DNA from: an uncultured Planctomycetaceae bacterium
Lineage (GTDB): Bacteria; Planctomycetota; Planctomycetia; Pirellulales; PALSA-1355
Reading direction: 5' to 3'
DNA: 64,000 nucleotides
NCBI GenBank assembly: GCA_963785305.1
Contig: CAWAUV010000009.1
Span: forward strand, 1-64,000
The notes below the pieces were generated by a model that made no database searches, was not told where the DNA came from, and was given only the letters and a program-made list of their open reading frames with translations. Below, piece by piece: positions 33,684 to 44,376 of the stretch (position 1 is the first letter of the stretch; each line of letters starts with the position of its first letter). A program made the translations under genes and the position numbers.

Positions 33684-34376
33684 TCACGGCGCGTCGGCCG
33701 GCGCTTGGGGATCGAAACCTGTCAGGGGATCGAAACCAAAATCATCGAACCCGTCGTAAGCGCTGGCTCCCAAGGACCCGAGCGACGCTACCGCCGGAGC
33801 CGCGGCGCTCGGCGGATCGGCGGCGCTCGGCGGATCGGCGCTCGCAAAAGCCTCGAACGGCCGCGCCCGAGCGCGAAACACGCTGGCCCGAATCGCCACG
33901 GTGTCCCAACGGCGCGACAGCGGTCGCCAGAGCCGAGCATAGTCGACGAACCGCATGGCGACAAACCCATACAGTCGACCGCGAAACGCAAAGAGCGACT
34001 CGGCCGCCACCGGCGACCGATCCCCCAGCACATCGTAGGCGAAGACATAAAGTCCGCCAAATTGCGGCCCGAACAGTCGCTCCCAATGGGCCATGCTCGC
34101 CAGATCGTCGCGAGTGAGCCAGTTTTTCCAGTAACGCTTTTGCTGGCCCGAGGGGAAGCGGCGCCCCTTCACATCGACCAGCCAGCGCGGCGAATCGCCG
34201 GTCCCGGAGAGGCCACGCGAGGCAACGCCACCCGGCGAGACGATGAAATCGAGGCTCTTGAGCGAGCCATCGGCCAGGGGGCTCCGCCGGGCTTCATCGA
34301 CCGCCACATAGGGAGTGCGGCGCCGCTGCAAGTAGGCTTCAAACGCCCGTTCATAATGGTTGTCGCGCTTGGCCAT
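33684..34376 (-). CDS. HYExAFE family protein
   Basis: MAKRDNHYERAFEAYL, YVAVDE, LKSLDF, LVDVKGRRF, KNW. Confidence 0.85.
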   Translation of the reverse strand: MAKRDNHYERAFEAYLQRRRTPYVAVDEARRSPLADGSLKSLDFIVSPGGVASRGLSGTGDSPRWLVDVKGRRFPSGQQKRYWKNWLTRDDLASMAHWERLFGPQFGGLYVFAYDVLGDRSPVAAESLFAFRGRLYGFVAMRFVDYARLWRPLSRRWDTVAIRASVFRARARPFEAFASADPPSAADPPSAAAPAVASLGSLGASAYDGFDDFGFDPLTGFDPQAPADAP

Positions 34377-34514
34377 CGCGAGCGAAAGCTCCCATTCCAT
34401 GTGGCAATCGAGCGGCGCGAGCGAAAAAAGCGCCGCCGCCATTGTATCGCCTCGGCCCTCTCTCGGCCGGCGGATTTTTTGCGAAATTCCGCGCTTTTTT
34501 CGCGCGAATTCTGG

Positions 34515-34904
34515 TCAGTCCTCGGGCCCGATCCGGCGCAAGATCGCCCAAAACGGCGGCAGATAGATACAGTCGGCGAAAAACACCACGACCAGGAAAA
34601 AGGGCGGCAACGCGCCGCGGGCCACGGTATACACCGCCAGGGCCGTGCCGAGCAGTTTGCTCCAAAACCCCAAAACGAGCAGATTTCGATTCCGCCAGGG
34701 ATCGCCCGCCACTAGATGGTAGCCCACGCCGAACAGCCCGACGAGCAGCCCCACCAATTGCACCGGCAGCACCAACTTCGGCCGCTCCAGGCCCGCGATT
34801 TTGAACGCCTCGTGGTAAAAGACCAGCATCACGAGTCCGGCCAGCAGGTTATATGTGCCGGCAAACCGCAGGAGCCACCACATCCAGGGTCGGAGCGTTT
34901 TCAT
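34515..34904 (-). CDS. Hypothetical four-TM membrane protein
   Basis: 129 aa with four hydrophobic segments. Confidence 0.7.
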   Translation of the reverse strand: MKTLRPWMWWLLRFAGTYNLLAGLVMLVFYHEAFKIAGLERPKLVLPVQLVGLLVGLFGVGYHLVAGDPWRNRNLLVLGFWSKLLGTALAVYTVARGALPPFFLVVVFFADCIYLPPFWAILRRIGPED

Positions 34905-35002
34905 GGTCTTCTCGCGCGAGGGGGGAAGGGGGCCGACCGTCGTGGCGGCGGCGCCAAACCCGCTTGTGTCGCCAGACCACGCAAATATACTAAGAGCCGA
35001 TA

Positions 35003-35069
35003 TCGGCGCCGCCGAATTTACCCATTTATTTCGGCGCCGCCGACGTGCTCATTTTTTCGGCGTCGCCGA
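35003..35069. repeat. Three copies of the palindrome TCGGCG-Y-CGCCGA with T-rich spacers
   Basis: Copies at 35003-35015, 35031-35043 and 35057-35069 in a divergent intergenic region. Confidence 0.75.
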
Positions 35070-35299
35070 AGCGCCTATTTTTCCGGATTTCCGCGATTTT
35101 GCGATTTGCCGCCCGCCAGCCGGTCGAAAAGCTATTCTTATCTTGAGAGGGGGCGTTCTCCACTCGCGGCGACGGGAGACGCTTTCATTTTCGATCCTGG
35201 GGCCGCAATCCCGCCCAGCGCGCCGCATCCCGCGTCCGCCCCGCCGGGTCGGCGATCGGCAGCCCATGCAACTCAAGACGCGACATCCACGGAGCCCTC

Positions 35300-35482
35300 A
35301 TGCCCAAAGCGCTTGTCATTTCCGGGATCGTCGTCGCGAGCTTGATCCTGCTGCTGTTCGGTCTCGATCTGGCGGTGAAGTGGCCGTTTGACCAAGCCAG
35401 CAAACTGATGGACATCATGTCCGTCATCTGCGCTTCGATCCTCGGCTATCTGAGCTGGAACGCGCTGCGAGATTTGCGTTGA
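35300..35482 (+). CDS. Small two-TM membrane protein (60 aa)
   Basis: GGAG ribosome-binding site; MPKALVISGIVVASLILLLFGLDL; second TM segment. Confidence 0.7.
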   Translation: MPKALVISGIVVASLILLLFGLDLAVKWPFDQASKLMDIMSVICASILGYLSWNALRDLR

Positions 35483-35499
35483 AACGCCGTGCGCGAAAT

Positions 35500-36290
35500 T
35501 CAAGCGGCTGGTCGCCATTGGGTCGAGCGCGTGCGTCGCAGTTCGCCCAGGCGAGACGTGGCGCCGGCGATCGTCGCGATATCCAGCGAGCCCGCGTCGC
35601 GGAGCGCGGCCGCTTCGGCGAATAGCCGCTCAAGCCCCCAAGAGCCGATGCGGCCGGCCTGGGCAAGTTTCAGGCCATCGATCATCAGATGATAGGCGTC
35701 GCCGCGGCGCGCCGCGGCGCGCAATCCGCGCCGCGCGGCGCCAGCCGGCCGCCACCCGGCCACCAGCGCATCTCGCCCGGCAACACGATCGAAGGCCACA
35801 TCAACCACAGCCCGGCGTAGAGGCTTTGCGGTTGATTGAATTCATGGCGACCACGCGCCGCCGATTCGGGTCCCCGGACCGCGGTGATTCCGTTGGCGAC
35901 GACTAGGTTGAGATGGGCGTCGAGGTGGACGTTGCGGAGCGCGAGCGTCGACACCGCGATGCCCGCGGATCGCGCATGGCGCAGCCGACGATCCAGCTCG
36001 CGACCGAAACGGGAGCGGCCCGCGCTCGCGCCCACCCAAGCCGCGTCGCCGAGCACCGCGATCTCATGGCCGCCGGCGGCGGTCAGTTTCTCGGTCGCCG
36101 CCGATTCCGCCGGATCGGCCACGGCCCAGGTCGCCGGCAGCCCGCTCCGGGTCAGCATTTCGAGCAGTCGTCCGGCCACGCGATCGAGCGCCAGTTGATC
36201 ACGCGTCCCGCTGTGTTGGGCATCGAGCTCGATATCGATCGAAATGGCCAAGAGGCCGGGTCGCGAGGGGGTGCTCATGGGGATGTTCAT
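35500..36290 (-). CDS. Polysaccharide deacetylase-like protein, degenerate (frameshifted in the C-terminal part)
   Basis: ISIDIEL, LPATWAV, GHEIA; the tail AYHLMID...LDIATI lies in ORF 35500..35808. Confidence 0.55.
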
Positions 36291-36572
36291 CCGCTCATGG
36301 TTCGCCGGACGTTCTCGGGGGGGGGGGCGGAACGCGAACGGCGGTTGGGGCATTTGCCGGGCGGGGAATGTCGCGACGGCGATTTCTGGCGCCGCCGCGC
36401 GGGTCTAGCTTTTCTTCTCGACCTGGCGCCGCGCGAAAATCGACATTTTGCCGGTGGGATGGGCGCCGGCTGCACAGGCCATTCATCTCCGCGCTTGCCG
36501 ATCGCTAAAACCACGCGCCAAGTCCGCGAAGCCGACCGCCGCGGCAAAGGCGATCGTGCGTGTTCGAGCCGC

Positions 36573-37535
36573 TCAGCTCCGCACGGGCATTCCGGCCAAT
36601 ACGGCCAAGCCCCGCGGCCGCACCCGGAACACTAGCGGCGGATCGAGCCGCGCGACTTCGCCATCGATCGCCACGGCGAGCCGCCGCCGCGAGGAATCGA
36701 CGACCATTTCGCTCGGATACGAGACATGGAAATCGTGGCCCGGGCGAAGTCGACCCACGAGCCCACGCATCGCCAGCCACAAGATGCCGGCCCGCGAGGT
36801 GCGCTTGGCCACATGCAGGCTCAGCTCGCCGGCCTCGAGCGTCGGCCGGGCTCCAAGCGAGGGGAGCGAAAGCTCATAGCGATTGTTGCCCACGAAAATC
36901 AGCGGCGTTTCGATCTCGCCCTCTTCGAGCAAATTCGTTTCCGACAAAGCACCGCCGAGCGAACCGCCATCGCCCTGGTTCGAGGACGCGCTGGAGTTGA
37001 CCCGAATCTTCAGCAGCGGCGGGTTGCGGAATATCCGCAGCGCCGCGACTCCCATCGCCAGCCATTTTTGCCGTTTCCAGCGCATGCGTTGCTCGTCGCG
37101 ATCTTGCACCATCGCCGGGTAGATGCCGATCGAGGCGTTGTTGATGAATACTCGGCCGTTGACTTCGCCGATATCGATCCGCCGCACTTGCCGAGCGGCG
37201 ATCACTCGGGCGGCCGCCCTTAGGTCGAACGGTATCCCCAGGTCGCGGGCAAAATGGTTGAGCGTGCCGCGGGGCAGAACCCCTAGCGGAATGTCGCCGC
37301 CAGCCAAGGCCGCCGCCACGGAGCTGATCGTGCCATCGCCGCCGGCCGCCACGACCGCGTCGACCTGCATCTCGGCCGCATTCTTGGCGGCGCTCGGCAA
37401 CATGGCGGGCGGCGTCGGCCACAGCTCGGCGATGAGTCCGGCGCCGACGGCCGCCGTGCGAACGGCTTCAATCGTGCGATTGTGTTCGAGCTCGTTGCGG
37501 CGGCTGAGCGCGTTGAGGAGGATGATGACTTTCAC
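36573..37535 (-). CDS. Diacylglycerol/lipid kinase family protein (YegS/DAGK-like)
   Basis: AAGGDGT, LPRGTLNHFARDLG, FINNASIG, VGNN, IDGE. Confidence 0.92.
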   Translation of the reverse strand: MKVIILLNALSRRNELEHNRTIEAVRTAAVGAGLIAELWPTPPAMLPSAAKNAAEMQVDAVVAAGGDGTISSVAAALAGGDIPLGVLPRGTLNHFARDLGIPFDLRAAARVIAARQVRRIDIGEVNGRVFINNASIGIYPAMVQDRDEQRMRWKRQKWLAMGVAALRIFRNPPLLKIRVNSSASSNQGDGGSLGGALSETNLLEEGEIETPLIFVGNNRYELSLPSLGARPTLEAGELSLHVAKRTSRAGILWLAMRGLVGRLRPGHDFHVSYPSEMVVDSSRRRLAVAIDGEVARLDPPLVFRVRPRGLAVLAGMPVRS

Positions 37536-39103
37536 CGGATCGCCGCCACCAGTCCGGCCATTGTGTACTCGGCGGCCTCGGCGGCCGGCTCGTGGCCCAA
37601 TTCGCGCAATGTTTCGCTCGTAATCGGACTGATGCTCGCCAGTCTCGCTAGCCGCAAGGAATCGCCAAACAGCCGCGCGAGCGAACGGGCGATCGCCGAA
37701 CTGCTGACCGTCACCCAGTCGATCTGGCCAGCCGCGAGCGCGGCGACCACCTCGGGCCGGGCTCGCTCCACATCGCGACTTTCATAGGTCACGACCTGCG
37801 TGACCAGGGCGCCTGCGGCTCGAAGCGCTTCGGCCAAAACCTCGCGCCCGCGACTGGCCCGCACCAAGAGACAGCGGCGCCCCGCCGCCCGCGGACCCAG
37901 CGCGGCCGCGAGGCTTTCGGCGCGAAATGTCTCGGGCGCCAGATCGATCCGCAAGCGATACTCGGCCACCGCCGCCGCCGTGGCCGGGCCGATCGCCGCC
38001 AGCCGCGCTTGACCCAGCCGCCGCACGTCGGCGCCGCCCGCGCACACACGATCGAGAAACGCCCTTGCTCCGGTGGCGCTCGAGAACACGATCCAATCCA
38101 TTTGGCCCGCGCCGGCGATCGCCGCGTCCAAGGCCCGCGGATCGGGCGTCGGATGAATTTCGATTGCCGGTTGCACCAGCACCTCGGCGCCCAATTCCGT
38201 GAGCTCGCGGCACAACGTGTCCGGCTCGCCGACTTCTCGGAGTGGACCGGCGGAAAACGCGCGGGACAGATCAGGCCGCGTGGTCAGCACCCGGATTCCG
38301 AAGAGCCGCCGACTCGTGAACCAAGTGGACGCCGCGCTCCCCGCCACGTCGCCCACGATCGCCAGCGCCGGCGGACGCAATCGCAGTTGCTCGATCCGAT
38401 CGACCACGGCGTCGAGCCGCGTAAGTTCGACCGACTGGTCGGGCCACGAACAGCGGCGGACCAAGGCCACGGGCGTCTCCGCCGGTTTGCCATGCCGCAT
38501 GAGCGCGGGCGCCCAGTGGCGGGCCGCGGTGACACCCATATAGAAAACGAGCGTGCCGGGAAAAACGGCCAACGCGGCGAAATCGAGCGAGGCGGTTCCC
38601 TTTCCATCGCGCTCGCGGCCGGCCACGAACGCCACGCCCGAAGCCAGCTCGCCATGCGTGAGCGGAATGCCGGCGTAGCTGCCCAGCGCCAGCGCGGTGG
38701 TCACGCCGGGAGTGACTTCATACGACACGCCGGCCGCGGCGAGCGCCGCGGTCTCATCGGCGAGTCGGCCAAACACGGCGGGGTCGCCGCCCTTGAGCCG
38801 GCAGACCACGCGCCCGGCGCGCGCCTCCTCGATCATCCGCCGATTGACTTCGGCCTGGGGCATGATGCGATCGTGGGAGGTCGGCGCGGCGCTGCTTCGA
38901 TCGGCGCCGTGCCGACCGAGGCAAACCAGCCGCGCATCGCGACGCGCGTGCGCCAAAATCGCGGAATTCACCAGATAGTCGTAGAGCACGACATCGGCGC
39001 GGGCCAAGCATTCGCGGCCGCGAAGCGTGAGCAGCCCGGGATCGCCCGGGCCGGCGCCCACCAGATAGACCTTGCCGGTGGCTCGGGGGGGCGAATCGAT
39101 CAT
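37532..39103 (-). CDS. cobA: Uroporphyrinogen-III C-methyltransferase / uroporphyrinogen-III synthase fusion (CobA-HemD)
   Basis: VYLVGAGPGDPGLLT, RLKGGDP, PGVT; HemD half with VLTTRP, WIVFSS, AIGPAT, SISPIT. Confidence 0.93.
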   Translation of the reverse strand: MIDSPPRATGKVYLVGAGPGDPGLLTLRGRECLARADVVLYDYLVNSAILAHARRDARLVCLGRHGADRSSAAPTSHDRIMPQAEVNRRMIEEARAGRVVCRLKGGDPAVFGRLADETAALAAAGVSYEVTPGVTTALALGSYAGIPLTHGELASGVAFVAGRERDGKGTASLDFAALAVFPGTLVFYMGVTAARHWAPALMRHGKPAETPVALVRRCSWPDQSVELTRLDAVVDRIEQLRLRPPALAIVGDVAGSAASTWFTSRRLFGIRVLTTRPDLSRAFSAGPLREVGEPDTLCRELTELGAEVLVQPAIEIHPTPDPRALDAAIAGAGQMDWIVFSSATGARAFLDRVCAGGADVRRLGQARLAAIGPATAAAVAEYRLRIDLAPETFRAESLAAALGPRAAGRRCLLVRASRGREVLAEALRAAGALVTQVVTYESRDVERARPEVVAALAAGQIDWVTVSSSAIARSLARLFGDSLRLARLASISPITSETLRELGHEPAAEAAEYTMAGLVAAIR

Positions 39104-39128
39104 GAAATCCCTCGGCCAGGAGAATCAC

Positions 39129-40578
39129 TTACCGCCACGAGGGGCAAACATCATGCCATTGCCGGCCGTCCATCGCCATCCACACGCTCGATGCGATCGG
39201 CCCCCATTCGCCCGGCTCATAACCATGCAGCTCCGGTTGGCGCGAGGCTTGCCAAGCATTGATGATCGGATCGATCACGCCCCAGGCCAGCTCGACCTCA
39301 TCGGCTCGGGCAAACAGGCTCGCGTCGCCGTTGAAAACATCGAGCAGCAGCCGCTGATACGCCTCGGGCATCACGCCATGAAACTCCTTGCAAAACTCGA
39401 AGTCGAGGCCGGTCATTTGCAGCTGCATGCCGGCGTCGGGCGTTTTCGTGAGAAACTCGATGCGAATGCCCTCGGCCGGCTGCACTTGAATCACCAGCCG
39501 ATTCGCTTCGCTGTTGCCGCGGCTCGCGCGAAACATCATATGCGGCGGGTTGCGGAACTGGATCACGATCTGCGTCGTGCGACACGACATATTCTTCCCG
39601 CTCCGCAGATAAAACGGCACGCCTTGCCACCGCCAGTTGTCGACCGCCAGCTTGATCGCGGCAAACGTGGCGGTTTGGCTGTCGCTGGCCACATCGGGCT
39701 CCTGGCGATAGCCGCTATATTGGCCGCGGAGCGTTTCCTTGGCCACGGCCGCCGCGTCGAGCGGACGGATGGCTTCGAGCACTTTGACTTTTTCGTCGCG
39801 CACCTGGTTCGCCTGATAGCGCACCGGGGCTTCCATCGCCACGACCATCAGCAGTTGGAGCAGATGGTTTTGGAACATGTCGCGCAGCACGCCCGAGTGA
39901 TCGTAATAGCCGCCGCGGCGCCCGACCGGCACCTCCTCGGCCACCGTGATCTGCACATGGTCGATATAGTTGCGATTCCAGATCGGCTCGAAAATCGTGT
40001 TGGCGAAGCGGAGCACGAGAATATTCTGCACCGTTTCCTTGCCGAGATAGTGGTCGATGCGGTAGACCTGCTCCTCGCGAAAAACCTCGTGCGTGGCGGC
40101 GTTGCAGCGCGTGGGCGCTTTTGCGATCGACGCCAAACGGCTTTTCGATCACCACTCGCCGCTTGCCACACGCTTCGTCGGCCAGCCCGCTCGCGCCCAG
40201 GTGTTCGATCGCCGCCCCATAAAACCGTGGCGCGGTGGCGAGGTAATACACGCGATCACCCGGCGCGTTTTTCTCGATGGTTTTCAAACGCGCCGCGAGC
40301 GCATTGAAATCGTCGAGCTTGTCGATATCGCCGGGTTGATAGTAAATGTTCGCGGCGAACTGGCGCCAGACATCGTGGTCGAAGGCGCCATCGGAAAACT
40401 TCTTCGTGGTTTCCGCGAGCGACTTGCGCCAAGCGTCGTCGGAGAAGTCGGTTCGCGCCACGCCCACAACCCGCGTGCCCTCGGGCAAGCGGCCCTTGAG
40501 ACGCAGTTGATAGAGCGCCGGAATCAGCTTGCGGCTCGTAAGATCGCCGGAAGCGCCGAAGATGACAATCGTGGGCAT
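39129..40578 (-). CDS. zwf: Glucose-6-phosphate dehydrogenase (frameshift near 40104)
   Basis: FGASGDL, EKPFG, RIDHYLGKE, RDMFQNH, WRWQGVPFYLRSGK. Confidence 0.95.
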
Positions 40579-40685
40579 GTGCGTCTCTTCCTCCCTGACC
40601 GCCGGTTTTCAAGACACGCCGCGAAAGGATGCCGCGCACGTGGGGGCGGCGCTGACTCGCGAGCGGCGGCAATGGTTCGAATCCA

Positions 40686-42125
40686 CTATTTCGGCGCCCG
40701 CCGCAGGCCCAGCCAATCGGAATGAAACGTGCCCGGCTTGTCGACGCGCTGGTAGGTGTGCGCGCCGAAATAGTCGCGCTGGGCTTGGAGCAGATTGGCT
40801 GGCAATCGCGCTTGGCGGTAGCCATCGTAATAGGCCAAGGCCGCCATGAAAGCCGGCGACGGAATCCCATGCGTGGCCGCCGTGGCCACCACTTCCCGCC
40901 AAGCCGACTGCGCCTTTTGCACCGCGGCGCTGAAGTACGGCGCGAGCAACAGATTTTCGAGGTTTCGGTCCGCGTCGAACGCCTCCTTGATTCGGTCGAG
41001 GAACCGGGCGCGAATAATGCACCCGCCGCGCCAGAGCATGGCGATATTGCCGTAGTCGAGCGGCCAGTCGTGTTCCTTGGCGGCGGCTTGCAACTGGACG
41101 AAGCCCTGGGCATAGCTGCAAATCTTCGAGGCATAGAGCGCCTGCCTGACCGCTTCGATGAATGTCTTGCGATCGCCGGTGAATTCGACTTCGGGCCCGG
41201 TGAGCGACTTGCTGGCCCGCATGCGCGGTTCCTTGAGCGCCGAGAGGCACCGCGCATAAACCGCTTCGGTCACCAGCGTGCTGGGCACACCCAAGTCGAG
41301 CGCCAGTTGGCTCATCCATTTGCCGGTTCCCTTGGCGCCGGCGGCGTCGAGAATGGCGTCGACCAAGCTGCCGCTTCCGTCGGGGTCTTTCACGCTGAAA
41401 ATATCGCGCGTGATTTCGATCAGGTAGCTATCCAGTTCGCCACGATTCCAGGTATCGAAGATTTCGCAAAGCTCGTCGTTCGACGCGCCGATCGCCTGCT
41501 TCAAAAGGAAGTAGGCTTCGCAAATGAGCTGCATGTCGCCGTATTCGATGCCGTTGTGAACCATCTTCACATAATGGCCGGCGCCGCGCGGGCCGACCCA
41601 TTCACAGCAGGGGATATCGTGGTTCGGGCCGACCTTGGCCGCGATCGCTTGAAAGATCGGCTTCACCAGCGGCCATGCTTTTTCGCTGCCGCCGGGCATG
41701 ATGCTCGGGCCATGCAGCGCGCCTTCCTCGCCGCCCGACACGCCGGTTCCCAGAAAGAGAAACCCCTTTTTCTCCACCTCGACGGTGCGACGTTCGGTGT
41801 CGCTGTAGAGCGTGTTGCCGCCATCGATCAGCACATCGCCCGGCGAGAGCAGCGGGGACAATTGTTCGATGAGCGCGTCGACCGCCGGGCCGGCCTTGAC
41901 CATGAGCATGATCTTGCGCGGGGTGGCGATCGCCTTGACGAACTCTTCGAGCGAGTGGCAGCCGACGAATTTCTTGCCCTTGGCCCGGCCAGCCATGAGC
42001 GCGTCGACCACGCTGGTGGTGCGATTGTACACGGCGATCCGGTAGCCCCGGCTCTCGATATTGAGGGCCAGATTCTCACCCATCACGGCCAAACCGATCA
42101 AACCAATATCACAAAGCTGCGTCAT
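40686..42125 (-). CDS. gndA: NADP-dependent 6-phosphogluconate dehydrogenase
   Basis: GLAVMG, YNRT, DGGN, VSGGEEGA, KMVHNGIEY, QRDYFGAHTY. Confidence 0.97.
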   Translation of the reverse strand: MTQLCDIGLIGLAVMGENLALNIESRGYRIAVYNRTTSVVDALMAGRAKGKKFVGCHSLEEFVKAIATPRKIMLMVKAGPAVDALIEQLSPLLSPGDVLIDGGNTLYSDTERRTVEVEKKGFLFLGTGVSGGEEGALHGPSIMPGGSEKAWPLVKPIFQAIAAKVGPNHDIPCCEWVGPRGAGHYVKMVHNGIEYGDMQLICEAYFLLKQAIGASNDELCEIFDTWNRGELDSYLIEITRDIFSVKDPDGSGSLVDAILDAAGAKGTGKWMSQLALDLGVPSTLVTEAVYARCLSALKEPRMRASKSLTGPEVEFTGDRKTFIEAVRQALYASKICSYAQGFVQLQAAAKEHDWPLDYGNIAMLWRGGCIIRARFLDRIKEAFDADRNLENLLLAPYFSAAVQKAQSAWREVVATAATHGIPSPAFMAALAYYDGYRQARLPANLLQAQRDYFGAHTYQRVDKPGTFHSDWLGLRRAPK

Positions 42126-42390
42126 CGGGAATTCTCTTTGTCAGACGAAGGGTTCTCATTGTGGCGGGCGGCCGGAATCGCCCGCGTGCCGCCATCGACA
42201 CGCCCGTCCCCCGGGGCGTCGACGCCATTCCAATCGCGGAAAGATCGAAATCCTAACAGGGCCGCCCCCGGCGAGCAACCTGGGCGGCGAACACGAATGC
42301 ACTTGCGGGTAAGCGGATCTGGTTGGACAGCGCCGAGTCCGTGCTTTTCGCTCTCGCGAGCCGCGAGCACGAACGATTAGAATACCGGAC

Positions 42391-42768
42391 ATGCGATTTT
42401 CTCTTCGAACGATGCTTTTGGCCCTGGCGTTTATTGCAATTACGCTGGCGGCGTACCGCGTTGGTTGGTGGGCGACGTACGAGCTTGCCGGTCTGCCTCA
42501 ACTGTGGTTCACCGCAACCACATTCGATCACACGGTGTCGATGTTCGAGTGTCTTTGGATGTGGCTGCCATTGCTCTTTATCGCGTTTGCCGCGGGCGCC
42601 AAGCGGCTGACGATTCCGATGCTCATTGCTTTCGCGTTTTGCGAGTGCGGCGCAATCGGCATGTTGCCGATTGAGCACCGATTCCAGCAAAGCATCTATT
42701 CCGACGCGGCGCCTCCGGTGGCTAACCCACGAGGTTTCCGATCCAGGGTTTTTCGCTTTCGTTGCTGA
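42391..42768 (+). CDS. Hypothetical membrane protein with an MRFSLRT-type N-terminus
   Basis: MRFSLRTMLLALAFIAI; three hydrophobic segments; lower GC than its neighbours. Confidence 0.55.
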   Translation: MRFSLRTMLLALAFIAITLAAYRVGWWATYELAGLPQLWFTATTFDHTVSMFECLWMWLPLLFIAFAAGAKRLTIPMLIAFAFCECGAIGMLPIEHRFQQSIYSDAAPPVANPRGFRSRVFRFRC

Positions 42769-42830
42769 TGGCGATTCACGGATCTCGCAATTCCGCCGCT
42801 TGTTCCTGATGGTAGCGGAAAAAAACGCCA

Positions 42831-44376
42831 CTACATTCCGGCCGCTGGCGGCGTGGGGATTGGTTCTAGCTTGCGTTCGGCCGGCTTCGGTAGCGGGCAG
42901 CCGAGGATGCGTTCGAGTTCCGCGCGGCGGCGGTGGCAGTCGGCCAGCGCTTCCTCGTGTTTTTCCCGCAGCGAGATGAGTTGCTGCTGGGCTTGCGTCA
43001 GTTCCAGAAAGTTGACCCGGCCCACATTGTAGCCGGCCCGCGCGGCCTGAACATTGCTCATGGCCGCCGGCAGGAATCGCTCGCGGTAGAGCTCCACGGT
43101 TTGCCGGGCCTGCTCGAGTTGCTCGTAGGCGTTTTGCACTTCGTATTGAATATCGTTGAGCCGCTGCTGATACTCCGCGCGGCGCTGGCTGGCGCGAAAC
43201 AGAGCTTCGTTCACGGCCGCTTGGCGCTTCCGCCGGTTGAGCGGCACATTCATGTTCATGCCGGCTTGCTCGCGCAAGGGGCCTTGCGTCGCCGTGGGCT
43301 GCCAGAAGGAATCGTAGCGACCATAGACTTCCACATCGGGATAAAACTCCTTCGCCGCCAGCGCCGCCGACGCCTCTTCGACTCGGATGCGGGCCCCCAG
43401 CGCCGCCAGATCGGGCCGATAGTTGAGCGCCAGCGAACGCAATTCCTCGGCCGGCGGAAGCCGCTCGACCGGCGCGAGCATCGCCGGCGGCGGCGGCAGT
43501 GGAGCGTCGGGCGGGGCGAGCAGCAATGTGTTGATTCGCGCGATCGCCACCCGATCCATGCGCTCGAGTTCCGCAGCGCCGCCGCGCAACATCGCTGAGC
43601 GAAACTTCGGCTTGCAGCACATCTTGCTGGGGAGCGAGGTTCGATTCGAATCGCTGCCGGGCCGTGTCGCGGAACTGCTCCATTTGAACGCGATTCTCGC
43701 GATTCAGCTCCAGCAGCCGCCGGGCGAGATAGTAATCGTAGTAGGCCAGCCGCGCCGCTTCGGCCACTTCGAGCCGCGTGGACTGCACTTCCTGATAGGC
43801 CGCGCTTGCCTCGGCCTGGGCCACGCGCCCGCGCGCCGCCCGCTTGCCGAACCAAGGCAGCTTTTGCGAACCGCCCAGCACGTAAGCCGGCGTTACGGCG
43901 CCCGAATTGAGCGACGCCGGCGCGATCATCGACATCAACACCGGATCGTCGAGCGACACCACTTGCGGATATCGCTCCGAGGCCGCGCGCCAAGCCGCTG
44001 TCATCGCCTCGATCGATGGGTTCTGCCGCACGACCAGCGAAACCAGTTCGTCGGCGTCGAGCGGCGCCTCGGCCGCGAACGCCACCCGAGCGCTCGGCCC
44101 TTGGAACCTCACATCGCTTGGTTGCGATCCCGACCCAGCGGCGCCGACCGCATTGGGAATGGGCGTTGCGCCTTGGGGAAGACTTGATGGCTGCGCCAAG
44201 CCGGTCGCATTCGCAGGCGGCGCGGCCGTCGGCTCGGCCGACGGAGACGCCAGCGAATGCGTCGTTGAAGCGGCAAGCGGCGGCGAGCGCTGGGCGGCGG
44301 TCCGGCAGCCACTTGCCAACGACAATGCCGCAAGCAGCGCGAGCGAGGATCTTTGATGCGGAACAGGTCGAGGCAT
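42831..44376 (-). CDS. TolC/outer-membrane efflux family lipoprotein (frameshift near 43580)
   Basis: Lipobox LASGC; QNPSI, SQKLPWFGKR, QQDVLQAEV, RPDL, FYPD, YNVGRVNFLEL. Confidence 0.85.

Noticed and set aside
35003..35069. Mini-CRISPR array
   Set aside because: 13-bp repeats and 13-15-bp spacers are far too short, and there are no cas genes.
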